A DNA stretch of 64,000 nucleotides. It comes from Octopus sinensis (lineage: Eukaryota). Positions 11,842 to 25,289 of the stretch are shown piece by piece (the first letter of the stretch is position 1; the number at the start of each line of letters is the position of its first letter). A program made the position numbers and the translations under genes. The notes under the pieces were generated by a model. It was given only the letters and a program-made list of their open reading frames with translations, was not told the DNA's origin and made no database searches. The stretch lies in assembly GCF_006345805.1 (NCBI RefSeq), contig NC_043002.1:434001-498000 (forward strand), given 5' to 3'.

Positions 11842-12384
11842 TTTTCTCCCCTCCATACACACACAAGCATGTTCACTTTCCAGACATTTCTACACTACTG
11901 CATGTACTTTATATGCACTTTCTGACAAGTTGTGGTGCACCTGAGCACTGTATACAATAATTTCATTATTATTATTATTATTTATTTGCATTTCTATTCG
12001 ATTAAAACTAACCTGCCTTTAGTTTAATTTAATCTAACTTATCATAATCGTAATTTTGTCTCTCATACCCTGTTTCCTCATTAAGCATACCAAGTAGTGG
12101 TTTAAATGTTTAATTTAATTTAATCTAACTTATAATTGTCTTTCATATCCGGTTTCTTAATTTCTTCATTACTGTCTCTATGAAAATATTTAGTCTTACC
12201 CATCGTATGTCTCTATTACTTTGTTTACTCATTTCATCAGTGTTGTCCCGATGATAATTACTGCTTCTACCCTGGAAATTAGCAAAGCTGTTTTTTGTAT
12301 TTATCTCTTAATGTTGTTTATGACCCAGCAAGCACGGCAGCCACTTCTAGTAGCTAACTTCTTCCTGTTGCTGAGGTCATGCAT

Positions 12385-12950
12385 TCATCATCATCATCAT
12401 TTAACATCCGTTTTCCATGCTAGCATGGGTTGGACAGTTCGACCAGGGTCTGGAAAGCCAGGAGGCTGCACCAGGCTCCAGTCTGATCTGGCAATGTTTC
12501 TAAAGCTTGGGGCCCTTCCTAAAACCAACCACTCCGTGAGTGTAGTGGGTGCTTTTGGTACAGGGGCCAGAGGAGGCTGGAAGCGGCCACGATCGGTTGG
12601 TGCTTTTTACGTGTCACCGGCACGGAAGCCAGTCAAGGAGGTGCTGGCATCGGCCACGTTCGGATGGTGCTTTTTACATGCTACTGGCATGGGCATCGCA
12701 ACTACAATTTCCATTTGATTTTTATTTTGATGTTGATGTACTTGACTCAATAGGTCTCCTCAAGCACAGCAGGTCGCCCCATGATCCAAGGTAGGCACAG
12801 CAGGCCGTCCTGCGATCCAAGGTACATTGAATGGGCTGGGGCTGGTTGTGTGAAGCTGGTGTAGTATACAGCCATGAACTTACTTTATTTGTCAGGTCTT
12901 CGCAGTCACAGCACATCTCCAGCGGTCTCGGTCTTTCGGCATTGCCTTTG
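12385..12950 (-). mobile_element. RTE LINE 3' end
   Basis: (CAT)n followed by ttaacatccgttttccatgctagcatgg, which is the reverse complement of the RTE tail, then UTR modules. Confidence 0.85.
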
Positions 12951-13689
12951 TGTTCCCCAAATCACTCTACCTGCTACCTTTTCCCATGTGATGAAATGAC
13001 CAGCTAACGTGTCTTCTTTACCTTTAATTGTACATCATTCATCTATATACGTTTCTACCTTGTTAATACTAACCTGTCTTGTTTCTCACACCCTGTTTTC
13101 TCATTTAGCATACCCAGTAGTAGTAGTAGTTCAGATGTTTCCTTATGCATGATGTCACTCTATTCCCCCTCCTGATTCCACAAGTAATAAAGGGAACCTC
13201 TCTCTCTTCTGTACTGGAACCTCTCTTGACCTCACTTGAAAATTCTGCCTCCTTCTTCACTAGTCTTTCATCCACATTACTGCAGTTTGTATTCTTTGCA
13301 TCAAAATGTGATTGAAGAGTACCTATCAACTACTTAATTATTTTTATTTATCTACTTTTATATTAACAATGTGACTACTTTTAGAAGCTTTATTTACCTA
13401 TCTTTGTACTAAATATGCTTGCACGGCACTCACTTCATCCAGATGCAGCTAGTGTAATATAAATGATGATTTATGAGAGAATGAGAGAATAACAGTTATG
13501 ACATGTCTTGACAAACACTTGTTGAAACCTTCCTTTCAGATGCTGAATGCCATCCTCCTTCTCCCTCCCTCTTCCAGCTTCACATCCTTAGAGTTGGCAC
13601 TTGAAGTTCTGTGATGCAAATGACCTAATGATCTATAACCTCAACTCCAGGAAACCTGCCAGTCACTTGATGACCTAAGTCTGGTGGCC

Positions 13690-15365
13690 AAGCTAGCCAG
13701 ATTGATGACATTCTTACCAGAAAGCGAGAAACATAATTGTTGGAAAATGCAAAGACCATCCCTGGAGGAAAATGTACCCCTCAGCATAGTTTAGTGATTA
13801 GCAACTTCAGACTACAGGCTAAAAAGATTTCAAGAAGCAGACCAGTCTGGAAAAGAAAGATCTGGAAACTTAAGGATCCCCTAAATAGTCAGAGATTTAG
13901 AGATGTCCTAACAGAAGCATTTAACAAGAAGGGGGAGGAGTTACAGGCATATCACAGAGGATAACTGTAAGTTCTTATGGCAAAACTTACTGAGAGCTAC
14001 TGAGAATTTGTGGTTGGTGCAAAGTTCCCACCAGACCTAGGTTGACATGAAATCGTACCTCTGTACTTGGCTTTTGTTGACATGGAAAAAGCCTTTGACA
14101 GAGTCCCCCACTCCCTTATCTGACAGTGAATGTGGAAACTAGGAATAGATCAGTGGTTGGTGAGAGCTGTAGAAGCCTTGTACAAGGATGCAGTCAGTAA
14201 GGCGAAAGTTAGTAACAAGTATAGAAATGAAGTCAGTGTACAAGAATAATTCACCAGGGATCAGTTCTCAGCTCCCTCTTGTCTATTATAGTCCTCCAGG
14301 CCATAATAGAGGCATTTCAGATGGGCTATCCATGGAAGCTCCTCTATGCTGATGACCATATTCATATTGCTGGATCACTAGCAGAACTTGAGAAGAAATT
14401 CCAGATGCGGAAGCAAGGTCTAGAATCAAAGGGCCTTAGAGTTAATTTAGAAAAGACCAAAGTCATAGTAAGTTGGAAAGCAGATAAATCACAAATTCCC
14501 TCAGGGAGATGACCCTGCTCAATATGTAGAAATGTGGGTATATTTTTATCATTATTTAGCAGAATAGAGTGACTCAAGATCCAAGAGTTTCATGTGTTGG
14601 CATTTACATATACTCATATTTTGAATTCTATTTTTCCTGTTTGCATCACCTTACTTGTTGAAATGTAGGTAGAAACTCCATAGGATGTACACAGTGCAAG
14701 CTATGGATACATAAGAGGTGCAGCAGTATCACAGGAAGGTTAACAGAGAAAGTAGTTTTTTGTATGGCAGAGAGGTAGGCAGAATAAACACTAGCAATGT
14801 ACAGAGAATAGGCTTTGTCAAATGCCCAGGGGTACATTTAGAAGTAGATAGCTTCCGTTAGCTAGGTGACTAAGTCAGTAGTGGAGGAAGATACTCTCAG
14901 AGCATAGCTGCTAGAATAAGAACAGGCTAGGCAAACTTTAGAGAGCTGCTATATTTGTTGGTAACAAAGGGAATCTCCCTTAGAGTGAAAGGTAGATTGT
15001 ATGATGCCTATGTGAACAGCCATCTCTAACTGTGGAAAAAACCTGTGGAAGAGGCAGACCCCGGAAAGATGTGGTGAAATGTGATCTTCAGATGTTGAAT
15101 CTTATGGAGGTGATGACAAATGATTGAGACTTTTGGAAATTTGCTGTGCTTGGGAAGATATGTCAAGCTAAGTGAAATCATAGTTGTAGCCAGTGACACA
15201 TAACAGACACCTGGTACAATCTACGGAGTAGTTGGTGTTAGGAAGAGCATCCAGCTATAGAAACCAAGCCAAAACAGACTGGAGCCTGGTACATCTCTCT
15301 GGCTTACCAGTTCCAGTCAAACTGTCTAACCCATGCCAGCATGAAAAGCAGACACTAGTGATGAT
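13690..15365 (+). mobile_element. Old, decayed RTE LINE
   Basis: KTIPGGKCTPQHSLVISNFRL, GYPWKLLYADDH and a degenerate 3' UTR; many stops and indels. Confidence 0.75.
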
Positions 15366-15760
15366 AACAAAATAATGAAATCCATAACTTCTTGCTGAGA
15401 GATATTTTAAGTCAGAATTAAATGAAAATTGGAGAAGATGCCCTTCCTAACACCAACCACTCTACTGAGTGGACCAAGTGCTTTTTACTAATCCTTCCTT
15501 TGGATTCAATTACCAACTGTGGCAAATATTTTGTTGATCTGCAGAGCCCATACAGAAGTGGAAATTATTGTTGCTGCAGCTACTACAAAAGCCACACTAA
15601 ATTTAGAGCATTGTTAGCTCTGCAGACTCAACTTCGTCATTCAACTAACTATAGGTCTTTTTAGTCAGGAACCACTAGAGCTATACTTCAATAATAGCAG
15701 CAGAGTTAATGAACTTGTGATTGAAAATCTTATGAAAATGTAGAAGGAAATTACACTAAC

Positions 15761-15863
15761 CTGAGAGTCAGATTTATTAGCCAGCTTCTCTGCTATTTGA
15801 GCAGCACGCACTTTATTTAAATAGCCCAGCTTTAATTTCTCTTCAAGCTCTCGAATTTCTAAG
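15761..15863 (-). CDS. MNS1: MNS1 coding exon 4 (103 nt); gene continues left of the window
   Basis: attacag|CTT...TCTCAG|gttagt. Phase 2 junction with exon 3. Encodes (S)LEIRELEEKLKLGYLNKVRAAQIAEKLANKSDSQ, like MNS1 'SIELRELEKKLKAAYMNKERAAQIAEK'. Confidence 0.92.
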
Positions 15864-16071
15864 CTGTAATGGAAGTAATGAATATCTGATTCACCGATAA
15901 CATATTTAATAATTTCACTAGATATGTATACAGGCTTTTATGCACACAAACACACACACTCTTATGCATAAGCAGACACATATACAAGCTTTAGAATTTA
16001 TTTTTCTGCTAATATAATAAGTAGTAACAAGCTGAAAACTGCCCAATGGGCAGCATTTCTCTCAGTAATAA

Positions 16072-16290
16072 TAATCCTTTCTCCCACAGGAACAAGGCTA
16101 GAAATTTTCAGGGAGAGGGCTAGTTGATTACATTACCTGCCAATGCTCAGGTGGTGCATTTTATTATCATCCCCAAAAGGACAAAAGGCAAACTCTTCAT
16201 GAAATTTTAACTTAGAACACAAAGGTGGAAGAAATGCCCACAAAGCACTTTGTTCAGCTAATGATTCTGCCGGTTTGCTGCTTTACTAAT
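16072..16290 (-). mobile_element. Degenerate SINE, third family (another copy at ~21470-21640)
   Basis: The reverse strand begins gcagaatcattagc and contains tttgccttttgtccttttgggg, shared with the 21.5 kb copy. Confidence 0.4.
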
Positions 16291-16499
16291 AATAATAGCA
16301 TTTTTTAGTGATAACTGCTCAACAGAGCATAACACATGCGAACTTGGAGAGTGATGAGCAGAGTTATTTGAACAAGATATCTGTTTCTATGAATGAAGAA
16401 ATAGAGGAGGCTGTGAGAGTAAGAAGTGTACTTCCCATCATTTAGTCTGAGGTTCAGTCTCATAGTGCAACACATAGAGTAAGTGTTTTGTACCATAGC

Positions 16500-17700
16500 A
16501 CCAACCACTCGTCACTAACTAGCTTCCACATTGACCACCAGATAAAAGAGTAGGGGACCCTGTCAAAAGCTTTTTCTATGTTAACAAAAGCCAAGTACAG
16601 AGGTTTATTTTCTGCTAAATGCTTCTCTTGTAGTCACCTTACTAAGGAGACAGCATCAGTAGTGCTTCTCCTTAGCACAAAACCAAATTGCATCACTTCT
16701 AGGCTAACTCTCTATTTGTTGACCAATGACCCTCTCTGTAACTCTGACCCCATTCTGCAATTTGACACTTCTGTAACTATGTGTCTGAAGCCTTATCTTT
16801 CCCTTTGTAGCAGTTGACTATAATGCTACTACACCCGTCGCTGGGTATGACTGCCTTGTGGACAACCTGATTAACTATATGGGTGACTAGGCTATATCTC
16901 ACTCTGCCAGATATTTTAAGTACCTCAATGGTGATTCCTGATGGGTAAGAGTCTTCCTCTGTCTTCATATCCTTAATTGCTTTATCTATCAAGCAACTGT
17001 CAATTCGGACCCCTGGTTCCTCTGTTGGGTCCACATGAGGCAAACTCTCCTCCTCCACTGTATTCTCTACATTTAGCAGCCTTTCTTTGCAGAGACACTA
17101 ACTGCAAGTCAACCATCATCCCTGCAAGTGCACTTCTCTTCTACAAAATCACAATTTTCTCTGACACATTGTCATGCAATCTGAAATCCTCATGCCTTAA
17201 AACACTGGCAACCATCTTCCAATCTACTTTTTGCTTGGGTAAATGTACCTGTCTCATGGCTTCCATTCTAGCTACCTGACAAATTTTTCTGCTACCACCA
17301 CTCTTCCAAGCCTGTTTCTTTGCTCCAATGACCCAGTCAGGTTCATCCTTTTACCAACATATCACCTTAGGTCTTGTGGGGACATTGTACTAGCCACAAA
17401 TTTGATAAGTGACCTTTATTAAGTTGTCCCATAGGATCTTCTAGTTGTCTTTCTATGTTGTATGTCACTATCTATTCGTCCTTCTTGATAAATGCTTCAG
17501 TTAGAGCATCCCTAAATCTCTGATTATTGAAGGTGCCTTGAACTTCCAGACTGATTTGCTGCTTGTCATCCTTGTAGCTCCAAGTCTGAAGTCACTGACA
17601 ACTAACCTAGGTTGAAGAGTGTACTCTTCACCTAGGTAAGTCTTTGCATTCATAAGCAACCATCTTTCCTACTTTCTAGTGAGAATGAAGTTCTAACTTG
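16500..17700 (-). mobile_element. Decayed RTE LINE, central part
   Basis: The reverse strand gives IDKAIKDMK...SGITIEVLKISG...IVNCYKGK and FGFV...TDAVSLV...LQEKHLAENKPLY. Confidence 0.75.
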
Positions 17701-18255
17701 CATTCCCACTAGATTGCGTCGTGATATGGCGTCAAATAACAGTGTGTGTGTGTGTGTGTGTGTGTGTGCATGCTTGTGTGATGGATTTGTACAATAATTG
17801 CCGGAATTATATAAATAATAATAATGATAATTATGAAATTATTGTATACAGCTCATAGAATACTTATTAATAAACAGAAACCACATCACTCAGTGTCAGT
17901 GGTGGTTCATAGATAGAATTAGCGGGGGGGGGGGGGGGCTGCTTCAGAAAAGTTTCAGCCATTGTTTTAATATTGTGTAAAAGGAAACAAACATATAAAA
18001 AGAAAATTTATACATAAACTTGATCGGTGCACATTTTAGCCACTGCCAAGGCGTATGTTTAATTTGTTCACTGAACACCACCACGAATTCCCCCTTGTTT
18101 TTCAAAAATCCCGCTTAAATCACAAAATAGGTGGGGAAATGTACCCCATTTTTGAAGAGGAAGTGAGAAGTGATTTGGGGGAATGAATTACATGCAAAGT
18201 TAATCAGAATTTGTTTCTTTAAACTCGTTCTTTAGTTTTGCTTTGCTACACTAAA

Positions 18256-18570
18256 GGTGCATGGCTCAGAGGTTAGAGCATCGGGCTCACAATCATGACG
18301 TAGTGAGTTCTATTTCTTGACCAGGCTATGTGTTGTGCTCTTGAGCAAGATACTTTATTTCATGTGGCTCCAGTGCACTCATATGTAGAAATGGTGCCAA
18401 CTTCTATCGGCCTTTGCCTTTCCCTTGGATAACACGAGTGGTGTGGAGAGGGGAGGTTGGTATGCATGTGTGACTACTGGTCTTCCATAAACAACCTTGC
18501 CTGAACTTGTGCCTTGGAGGGGGACTTTCTAGATGCAATCCCATGGTCATTCATGACTTGAGGGGGTTTT
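18256..18570 (+). mobile_element. tRNA-derived SINE, second family
   Basis: A-box tggctcagaggt, degenerate B-box, CORE-like tgttgtgctcttgagcaagatacttt. Confidence 0.6.
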
Positions 18571-18689
18571 ACACATTTACTACACCAAATATGTATCAAT
18601 AACTGTTTTAAGAACAATCTTCAGAATTTGATATATTTTGGATATTAGACATTGTTTATGTAGAAAATGAAGCTGGTGGCAAAGTCCTA

Positions 18690-19885
18690 ATAAGTAGGAA
18701 GACAGACAAACCACAAATCCCTTTAGGTAGATGGCCCTGCTCGATCTGTAGAAAAGGCGTAGGTGATGTACCCAGTGTAAGCTATGGATACATAAGTGGT
18801 GCAGCAATATCAAAGGAAGGCTAACTGGGAAGAGAGTTTTTGTATGTGGCAGATGCTCAGGAGCAATAAACACTGAAAATGTGCAGAGAACAACTTCCAC
18901 CACATTCCAGGGAGAAAAACTATAAGTAGTTGATAGCTTCTGCTACCTAGGTGACCAAGGGCCTCTCGTTCAGAGTAAAAGGTAGACTGTATGACACGTG
19001 TACGAACAGCCATGCTACATGGCAGTGAAACATGGACTGTGACTGCTGAGGATATGCGTAAGCTCACAAGAAATGAAACCAGTATGCTCCAATTGATGTG
19101 TAATGTCAGTGTGCACACATGACAGAGTGTAAGTACCTGGAGAGAAAAGTTGGACCTAAGAAGCATCAGTTGTGGTGTGCAACAGAGATGTTTGCGCTGG
19201 TATAGTCATGTGGTGAGAATGGATGAGGATAGCTGTGTGAAAAAGTGTCACACCCTAGAGGTTGAGGGAACCTGTGGAAGAGGTGGACCCAGGAAGACCT
19301 GGGATGAGATGGTGAAGCACAACCTTCGAACATTAGGCCTCACCGAGGCAATGACTAGTAACTGAGACCCTTGGAAATACGCAGTGCATGAGAAGACCTG
19401 GCAAGCCAAATGAGATCATAACCGTCATTGGACACTAAACTCTGCTTGTGAAGACCTGTTGAGGCAAGTGAAATCGAAATCAAATCAAATATGATGACTG
19501 GCACCCGTGCCAGTGGAGCGGTAAAAGCACCATCCGAGCGTGATCATTGTCAGAACAGCTGACTGGCTTCCATGCCGGTGACATGTGAAAAAACATTCAA
19601 GCGAGGTCATTGCCAGTGCCGCTGGACTAGCTCCTGTGAAGGTGGCACATAAAACACACCATTTGAGTGTGGCGGTTGCCATACCACCTGACTGGCCCTT
19701 GTGCTGGTGGCATTTAAAAGCACCCACTACACTCTCGGAGTGGTTGGCATTAGGAAGGGCATCCAACTGTACAAACTCTGCCAGATCAAAATGGAGCCTG
19801 GTGCAGCCATCTGGTTCGCCAGTCCTCAGTCAAATCGTCCAACCCATGCTAGCATGGAAAGCAGACATTAAACGATGATGATGAT
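18690..19885 (+). mobile_element. RTE LINE 3' part
   Basis: ggtagatggccctgctcgatctgtag...catggcagtgaaacatgg...; modular UTR; (GAT)n at ~19875. Confidence 0.85.
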
Positions 19886-20001
19886 GGTTTTGTGAGTATT
19901 CACTTTGTAGATTTTTCAATACACAGACAATTCACATTTATATAGAGAGTTGTCTATGAGAAACAGCACTTTCTAGAATATTTTCTCCAAGTTTATGCAA
20001 T

Positions 20002-20386
20002 ACTAGCAGTATCGCCCGGCATTGCTCGGGTTTGTAAGGGAAATAACTATAAAGCATTTTTAGAGAGTTATAGCCAAAAAATAGCAAAAAAATGGAAAAA
20101 AAATTATGGTAAATTTTTTTTTGAGAGTTAAAAAGGTGGAGTTGTGTCCCCTAGACAGTCTGTGGTTTGTGTTTCTGATTCTCGACCCCATGTCGAATTT
20201 ATCGATTTTTTTCAGAACTGGGGGAACTTTTCAAAATTTTCGCTGCGTTAGTTTTGAATTATGATATTAGGCTATGTGTGTGTCAAGTTTCATCAGAATC
20301 GGTTGAAAGCCGTGGTCAGGGTGAGGGTACAACCTGACAGACACACAGAAACGCAGACAGACAAACTGCCGTTTATATAGAGAGAT
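20002..20386 (+). mobile_element. Non-autonomous Helitron/Helentron-associated (HINE/DINE-1-like) element
   Basis: 5' ACTAGCAGTATCGCCCGGCATTGCTCGGG hairpin; 3' (CAGA)n then tttatatagagagat. Confidence 0.6.
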
Positions 20387-21759
20387 ATCATCTTGTCATA
20401 TTGTATACATAAGATTAGACACAGGCATGGCTGTATAACTAAGAACTTTGCTTCCCAGCCTTATGTTTTCAGTGGGTTATTTCCTACTCTAGCTCTAGGT
20501 AGACCAATCACATCCTTTTGAGTGGATTTGGTAGACAGAAACTTAACGAAACTCATCACATGCACAGGGGGTAGGGAGTTGTGTCTCATCTTCACAAAGC
20601 ATGACAGTTAGAAATAAGTCTAATCATACAACATGGGATCGTTTGTTTCCAATTTTCAATGAAAACATGTCTAGTCATGGGAAAATATTAACTTACTGGG
20701 AAACAGGTGAGGGCTGGTTTCAAGCAGGGGATCCAACCATATAAAATCTGTTTCAATAAATTTGATGTGAGTCATGCAAGCATGGAAATGATGATGATTA
20801 CAAAGTCTAGTATGTTCTCTCCTAATTTAAGATAGGATGTGATTTGAGTAAAATTCAGTTGCTATTTCCATCAAGTCAAACAAACTGTACAGAGACCTTT
20901 CCTCACTGGCTCAAAGCAAAGTTTGTAGTTTATCCCCTAATCAGCCCTGATCAAACATAAATACGATGGAATTCATTCCAGTCACAAATATCCTGTTGTT
21001 TAATAAAGTAGTAACGATACTGTTTAATATAGCTTTTACTTTAGATGTTAGAGTGTAATCTGAGGGAGAATTGATTGTAGTTTCCAGGAGCTCAAGTGAC
21101 TATGTAGAAGCTTTTTTGTGACCATTAAGACCAACCAACCCAAAGTGACATCACCAAAGAAATTATTTGGCAAGGATATAGCAGGTAGGCAACAGTACTC
21201 TTATTTGACAGAAAATAATCCTCTTTTTGTCTCTCACATACACATCCTACTTCATTCCTTCAGAGAGAAAATGGGTGTAAGAGGCAGAATGACATGAGTT
21301 TCTTAGGCCAAGTGTTGTAAGTGGTAACAGGAAGAGCTGGCAGAGTTTCAGTTACATAAATAGCCAACATCGGTTCAGGTGAACTGTTCCTCTGTACATA
21401 TATACACAGGCACAGGTTAAGGTTGTTTTTGAGGAAGACTGGTACTTACCTATGTATACAAGTCTCTGTTCTCCACAAAAAGAAGCAGAAGATAGCTACT
21501 GCAAGCCAACATTTCTGACTCCTTACAAGTTTTGCCAATCAATTACCCTGGTACTTTTTTTCTTATCAATCCTTGAAAGGATGAAAGACAAAGTCAATAT
21601 TGAACTGAATATTATGAGTTGTTCTAGCCAATGCTCTTACAACAACCTTGTTAAGTTGTTAGCTTATTGGTCACATATAGTGTCACTTATATATGTTCCA
21701 TTATTACTAATAATAAATATCTAACACACAGAAATCAAAGACTCAATTCTAAACATTAC

Positions 21760-21887
21760 CTGTTTTGTCTGATCTGCTGGCGCAACTTCTCATCACGGAA
21801 CACTTCGTCATTTCGTCTCTTTAATTCTTTGGCAAGGCTCTCAGCTTGTTGTTCTTGCTGCTGCAGCTGATGGCGCATCTGTGTTTT
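21760..21887 (-). CDS. MNS1: MNS1 coding exon 3 (128 nt)
   Basis: ctcatag|AAA...AACAG|gtaatg. Encodes KTQMRHQLQQQEQQAESLAKELKRRNDEVFRDEKLRQQIRQNS, recognisably like MNS1 '...KDEKMRQQVRENS'. Confidence 0.92.
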
Positions 21888-22489
21888 CTATGAGAAGAAA
21901 GTAATAAGTATAGGAATTATGTTCTGTTCAACGGACAGTTTCAGCTAAGGCAAAATGTGTGCTGATAGTGTTAGTTGCATTGATTCAGTAGCAGCTGTCG
22001 TCCTTGGGATGATTGAAGTTGTTTTGCTCATAGCAATTGTGATGGTATTAGCTGTGTTCAGATGACAAAGTCACCAGAGTATCATCCTTGTTGTATATAC
22101 TCTGACTCTCTGCACATGGAGCTCAAATTCTATATTCTTTTCATTCCTTTGAACTCAATAAAGTTGCAGTCAAGGGTAGTGGATTTGTGGAGGGGTTAGA
22201 GCACAAGTGAAGAAACCTAATGGTATCATTACAGCACTGTGATTCTGATGACAACATACACAATAGCTGTACTGGACTTAGCTTTTCTGCTTGACAACAA
22301 CAAGAGTACAGAGGTTGTAGACTTGCATACAGGTTGGGGAAGAAGTAAACTTCAAAGTTTTTGTAAACCATATTTTTTCATGTAGCAATGGTCTACTATA
22401 ACAAATTTTTTTTAATCTTCAGCATTAGGCGTCATAGTAACAATTTCATTCAGGTATAAGTTCAACTACGTCACATCAAGTAGTAAAAA

Positions 22490-22900
22490 GACAAGACATT
22501 TGTAAGGATCTAGCTTGACCCTGTCTGAGTTTTGAAACCAAATCCATCTGCTTGTTACTTGTCAAAACGAACAGGAAATCCTCTCCACATTGGATGATTG
22601 ATGAGGGAACACTTGATAACCTAGGAACTGTGCTGGTCAAGGAAAGGTCAGTCCTTTGTTTAGGGTTTGACCTACATTGCTGACCATAGTCTTTAGAACA
22701 GAGAACAGTTCCTATCTCTTCCTCAGCCAGACCAATGAGAAACATGCTCTTGTGCATCAGCTATGATCAAGAGCAGCATTTTCCTTGGCCGCAAGAAAAG
22801 CAATGCCACAACTCTTTCACTCTCTACTGACAGCAACTACTAACCAGTGAGCCAACCTTGTTGTCATTATCACAAGAACTGCTACTGTCTCTTTAACTAC
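22490..22900. repeat. Unclassified repeat; inverted copy at ~27715-28250 and partial copy at ~24030-24110
   Basis: caagcaacaagctg.tggatttg.tttcaaatctcaggcagggtcaagctaga is shared by all three. Confidence 0.75.
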
Positions 22901-23109
22901 CAGTTGGGCAAACAAATAAATATATGTAAATGACATTTCTTCCTTCTTGGTATTGATTCTTCAATGTTTCTTCAAGCATTACATCTACATGCTACCAAAT
23001 GTAGCATGTAGATCTCTCATCCAGCCTGCTGCACACTGCCTATTTGCTCCACACAGGAATTAACATCAAGCAAATTTCTGAGTTGGTTGATGTGTGATTA
23101 ATCACAGTT

Positions 23110-23590
23110 TACAATGTCAAGAATCGTTTGGATATCAGAGGCATTCAGAAGAAGCAAGGCACTGGAGGAGGAGGAGGAGCCAATAAACAGCAAGATCCAG
23201 CATTCGTGAAGGCTCTCAAATCAAAAATTCTGAAGGACCCAATCACATCCATGAGGAAACTAGCAATTGATAGGAAAGTTCATGCCAAGGCAGTAAGAAA
23301 TACCATTTACTGTGATTTAGGCCTGCAATTGTTTGCGTGAATTCCAAGACCCCTCCTGACCAGTTCAATGAAAGTCAAAAGGCTTGAAAGGACGAAAAAA
23401 AAAAAAGGGTTGTCCTTCCTCAAGAGTTCTGGATCCACTGTGAAAATATTTTGACAAGAAAATCTTCACTGTGGATGCTGTTGTGGTATATTGCTGAATT
23501 ACCACTTTAAGTTGAGGGTGTCTTCAGAAAAAAGCATCCTGCTCAGGTAATGGTTTTGGGAGTTGTGGCATCAGATGACAAAAAAAAAAT
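23110..23590 (+). mobile_element. Tc1/mariner (maT/DD37D-like) transposase remnant
   Basis: ALKSKILKDPITSMRKLA, KIFTVDAVV, FRKKHPAQVMVLGVVASDDKK; frameshifted. Confidence 0.65.
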
Positions 23591-23595
23591 CATCA

Positions 23596-24020
23596 TCATT
23601 ATTTAATGTCTGTTTTCCATGCTGTCATGGGTTGGATGGTTTGACATGGAACTGGCCAGCCAGTTTTGACATTATTTCTACAGCTAGATGCCCTTCCTAA
23701 TACCAACCACTTTAGAGAGAGTGCTAGGTCTATTTTCATGTGCCACCAGCACCTGTAAAGGACAAGCTTGTATGTATGAATGACAGCGATTTTACTTAGC
23801 TTGGCACATCTCATCAAGCACTCCAAATCATCACAACTCCCAGTCCCATATCATTTCCTCTGTGAAGCCCAGCATCCCAAGATCCTTTCTCACCACTTCG
23901 TTCCACATCTTCCTGAATCTATCCCTTCCACACGTGCCCTCCACAATAAGAGCTCAGCACTCCTTTATGCAGCTGTTCTCATTCATATGCATCACATGGC
24001 CAAACAAGCAGTCCTCTCTC
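23596..24020 (-). mobile_element. Decayed RTE LINE 3' end
   Basis: Reverse complement of the RTE tail, UTR and the KHNL...WDE region. Confidence 0.65.
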
Positions 24021-25289
24021 TGGCACACTAGCAATAAGTTTGACAAGCAACAAGCTGGTGGATTTGTTTTCAAATCTCAGGCAGGGTCAAGCTAGACCAC
24101 CACATTACTTCCCCGCTAGTGAGTTTCTAAACAAAGAAACAAACGATCTAGGGAAAAGAGAGCATTCATACAAAAATGCATTTAAAGACAAGGTGAGAAT
24201 AACGTTCAATTGTGAAAAGTATTTTCTTGTTGGTGAATGTGATGCAAGGCTGAGAAAAATTGTGCATATCAGCAGAAAGAATCTTGAGAAGGTATACAAG
24301 ACAAGTATCTATTCGTGTGCATCCGAATAGCAGTGTCACTTCGCTTGCGCAGAATGCAGAATATGCCAGTTGGTGCGTGACTGAGGCAGAGTGAATGAGC
24401 GTGCGCATGAGTGCAGAATGTGCCAGTTGTTGCGTGACTGAAGCAGTGAGTGAGCATGCAAGGGTGTATACATGAGTGTGAGAGAAAGTCCTGTAGCTAT
24501 GGAATAAGCTGAGGTGAGTGAGTGTGTGCATTCTCTATCCATGATATCAGCAAAAGTTTTCTTTCAGGATTGCATTTTATGTGAAAATGCCTTGAAAAAA
24601 GTGCCAAAGTGAATTGTGTCTGGCATTGTTGTCACGGGCATTTGCTAAGATTAGCCAGAATGACGATTGTGTGGCATGCTGGCTCAGTGCGTCGGACAGA
24701 CAATTCTCTTATTAGCTTCGTGACCAACCTGGGATCGAACAGAAACAAGCTGTGTCTGACAAGAGCGCAAAGAGCAAGTATTGACATCCGACTTATAGAG
24801 TCAGGAAAAGAGGCTGAGCAGGCACAGACATGAGAACATGTCTAAAGGCACCATGTTTTGGTGTATGTGTATAAGTGGGTGCAGTCATGCAGGTTCGTGT
24901 ATGAACATCGAGAAAGAATTTTGTTTTGTTTTACAAACAAAATACAGAGCAGGGGTTAGCATGCAAAGAAAGAAATTGCAGATATTCAAAAGGAGGACAT
25001 TTAGCAGAAACCATGGAATAAAAACAGGTGAACAATGCATGTGCAGTGCAAACATAAAATGAAATAAGCAAAAATGACAAACTTGGTTAGAAAGTGTTCT
25101 GGTCCTGAAAAGCTAGAAAGTAGCATTTGAAATGCAAAAATAGGTGCATGCAAAGAAAGTTCAAGTCTATGGCTGTCGAAAACATTGCACGTGTGGGCTT
25201 CCATAGTTAGTATCCAGTTAGTTCTTCGTCGGAGAGTTGTTATTGTTGTCTTCGATGAGACAAGCATGATGTAAAGGCAGTATTTCTTG

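Larger units (their letters stand above)
7595..11985 (+). mobile_element. Apparently full-length CR1-clade non-LTR retrotransposon, antisense in an MNS1 intron
   Basis: 5' UTR, ORF1, uninterrupted EN-RT ORF2, short 3' UTR and an (ATT)n tail at ~11964-11980. The flanks rejoin to match a nearby uninterrupted repeat copy (12965-13110). Confidence 0.9.

Noticed and set aside
13105-13329. ORF as a candidate MNS1 exon 5
   Set aside because: No similarity to the expected MNS1 continuation and no convincing splice sites.
17897-18085. Possible MITE with gtggtggttca / tgaacaccaccac ends
   Set aside because: Short imperfect TIR, no TSD and no second copy in the window.
18256-18330. tRNA genes at SINE heads (also 33153 and 48637)
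   Set aside because: No complete cloverleaf; each continues into a SINE body.
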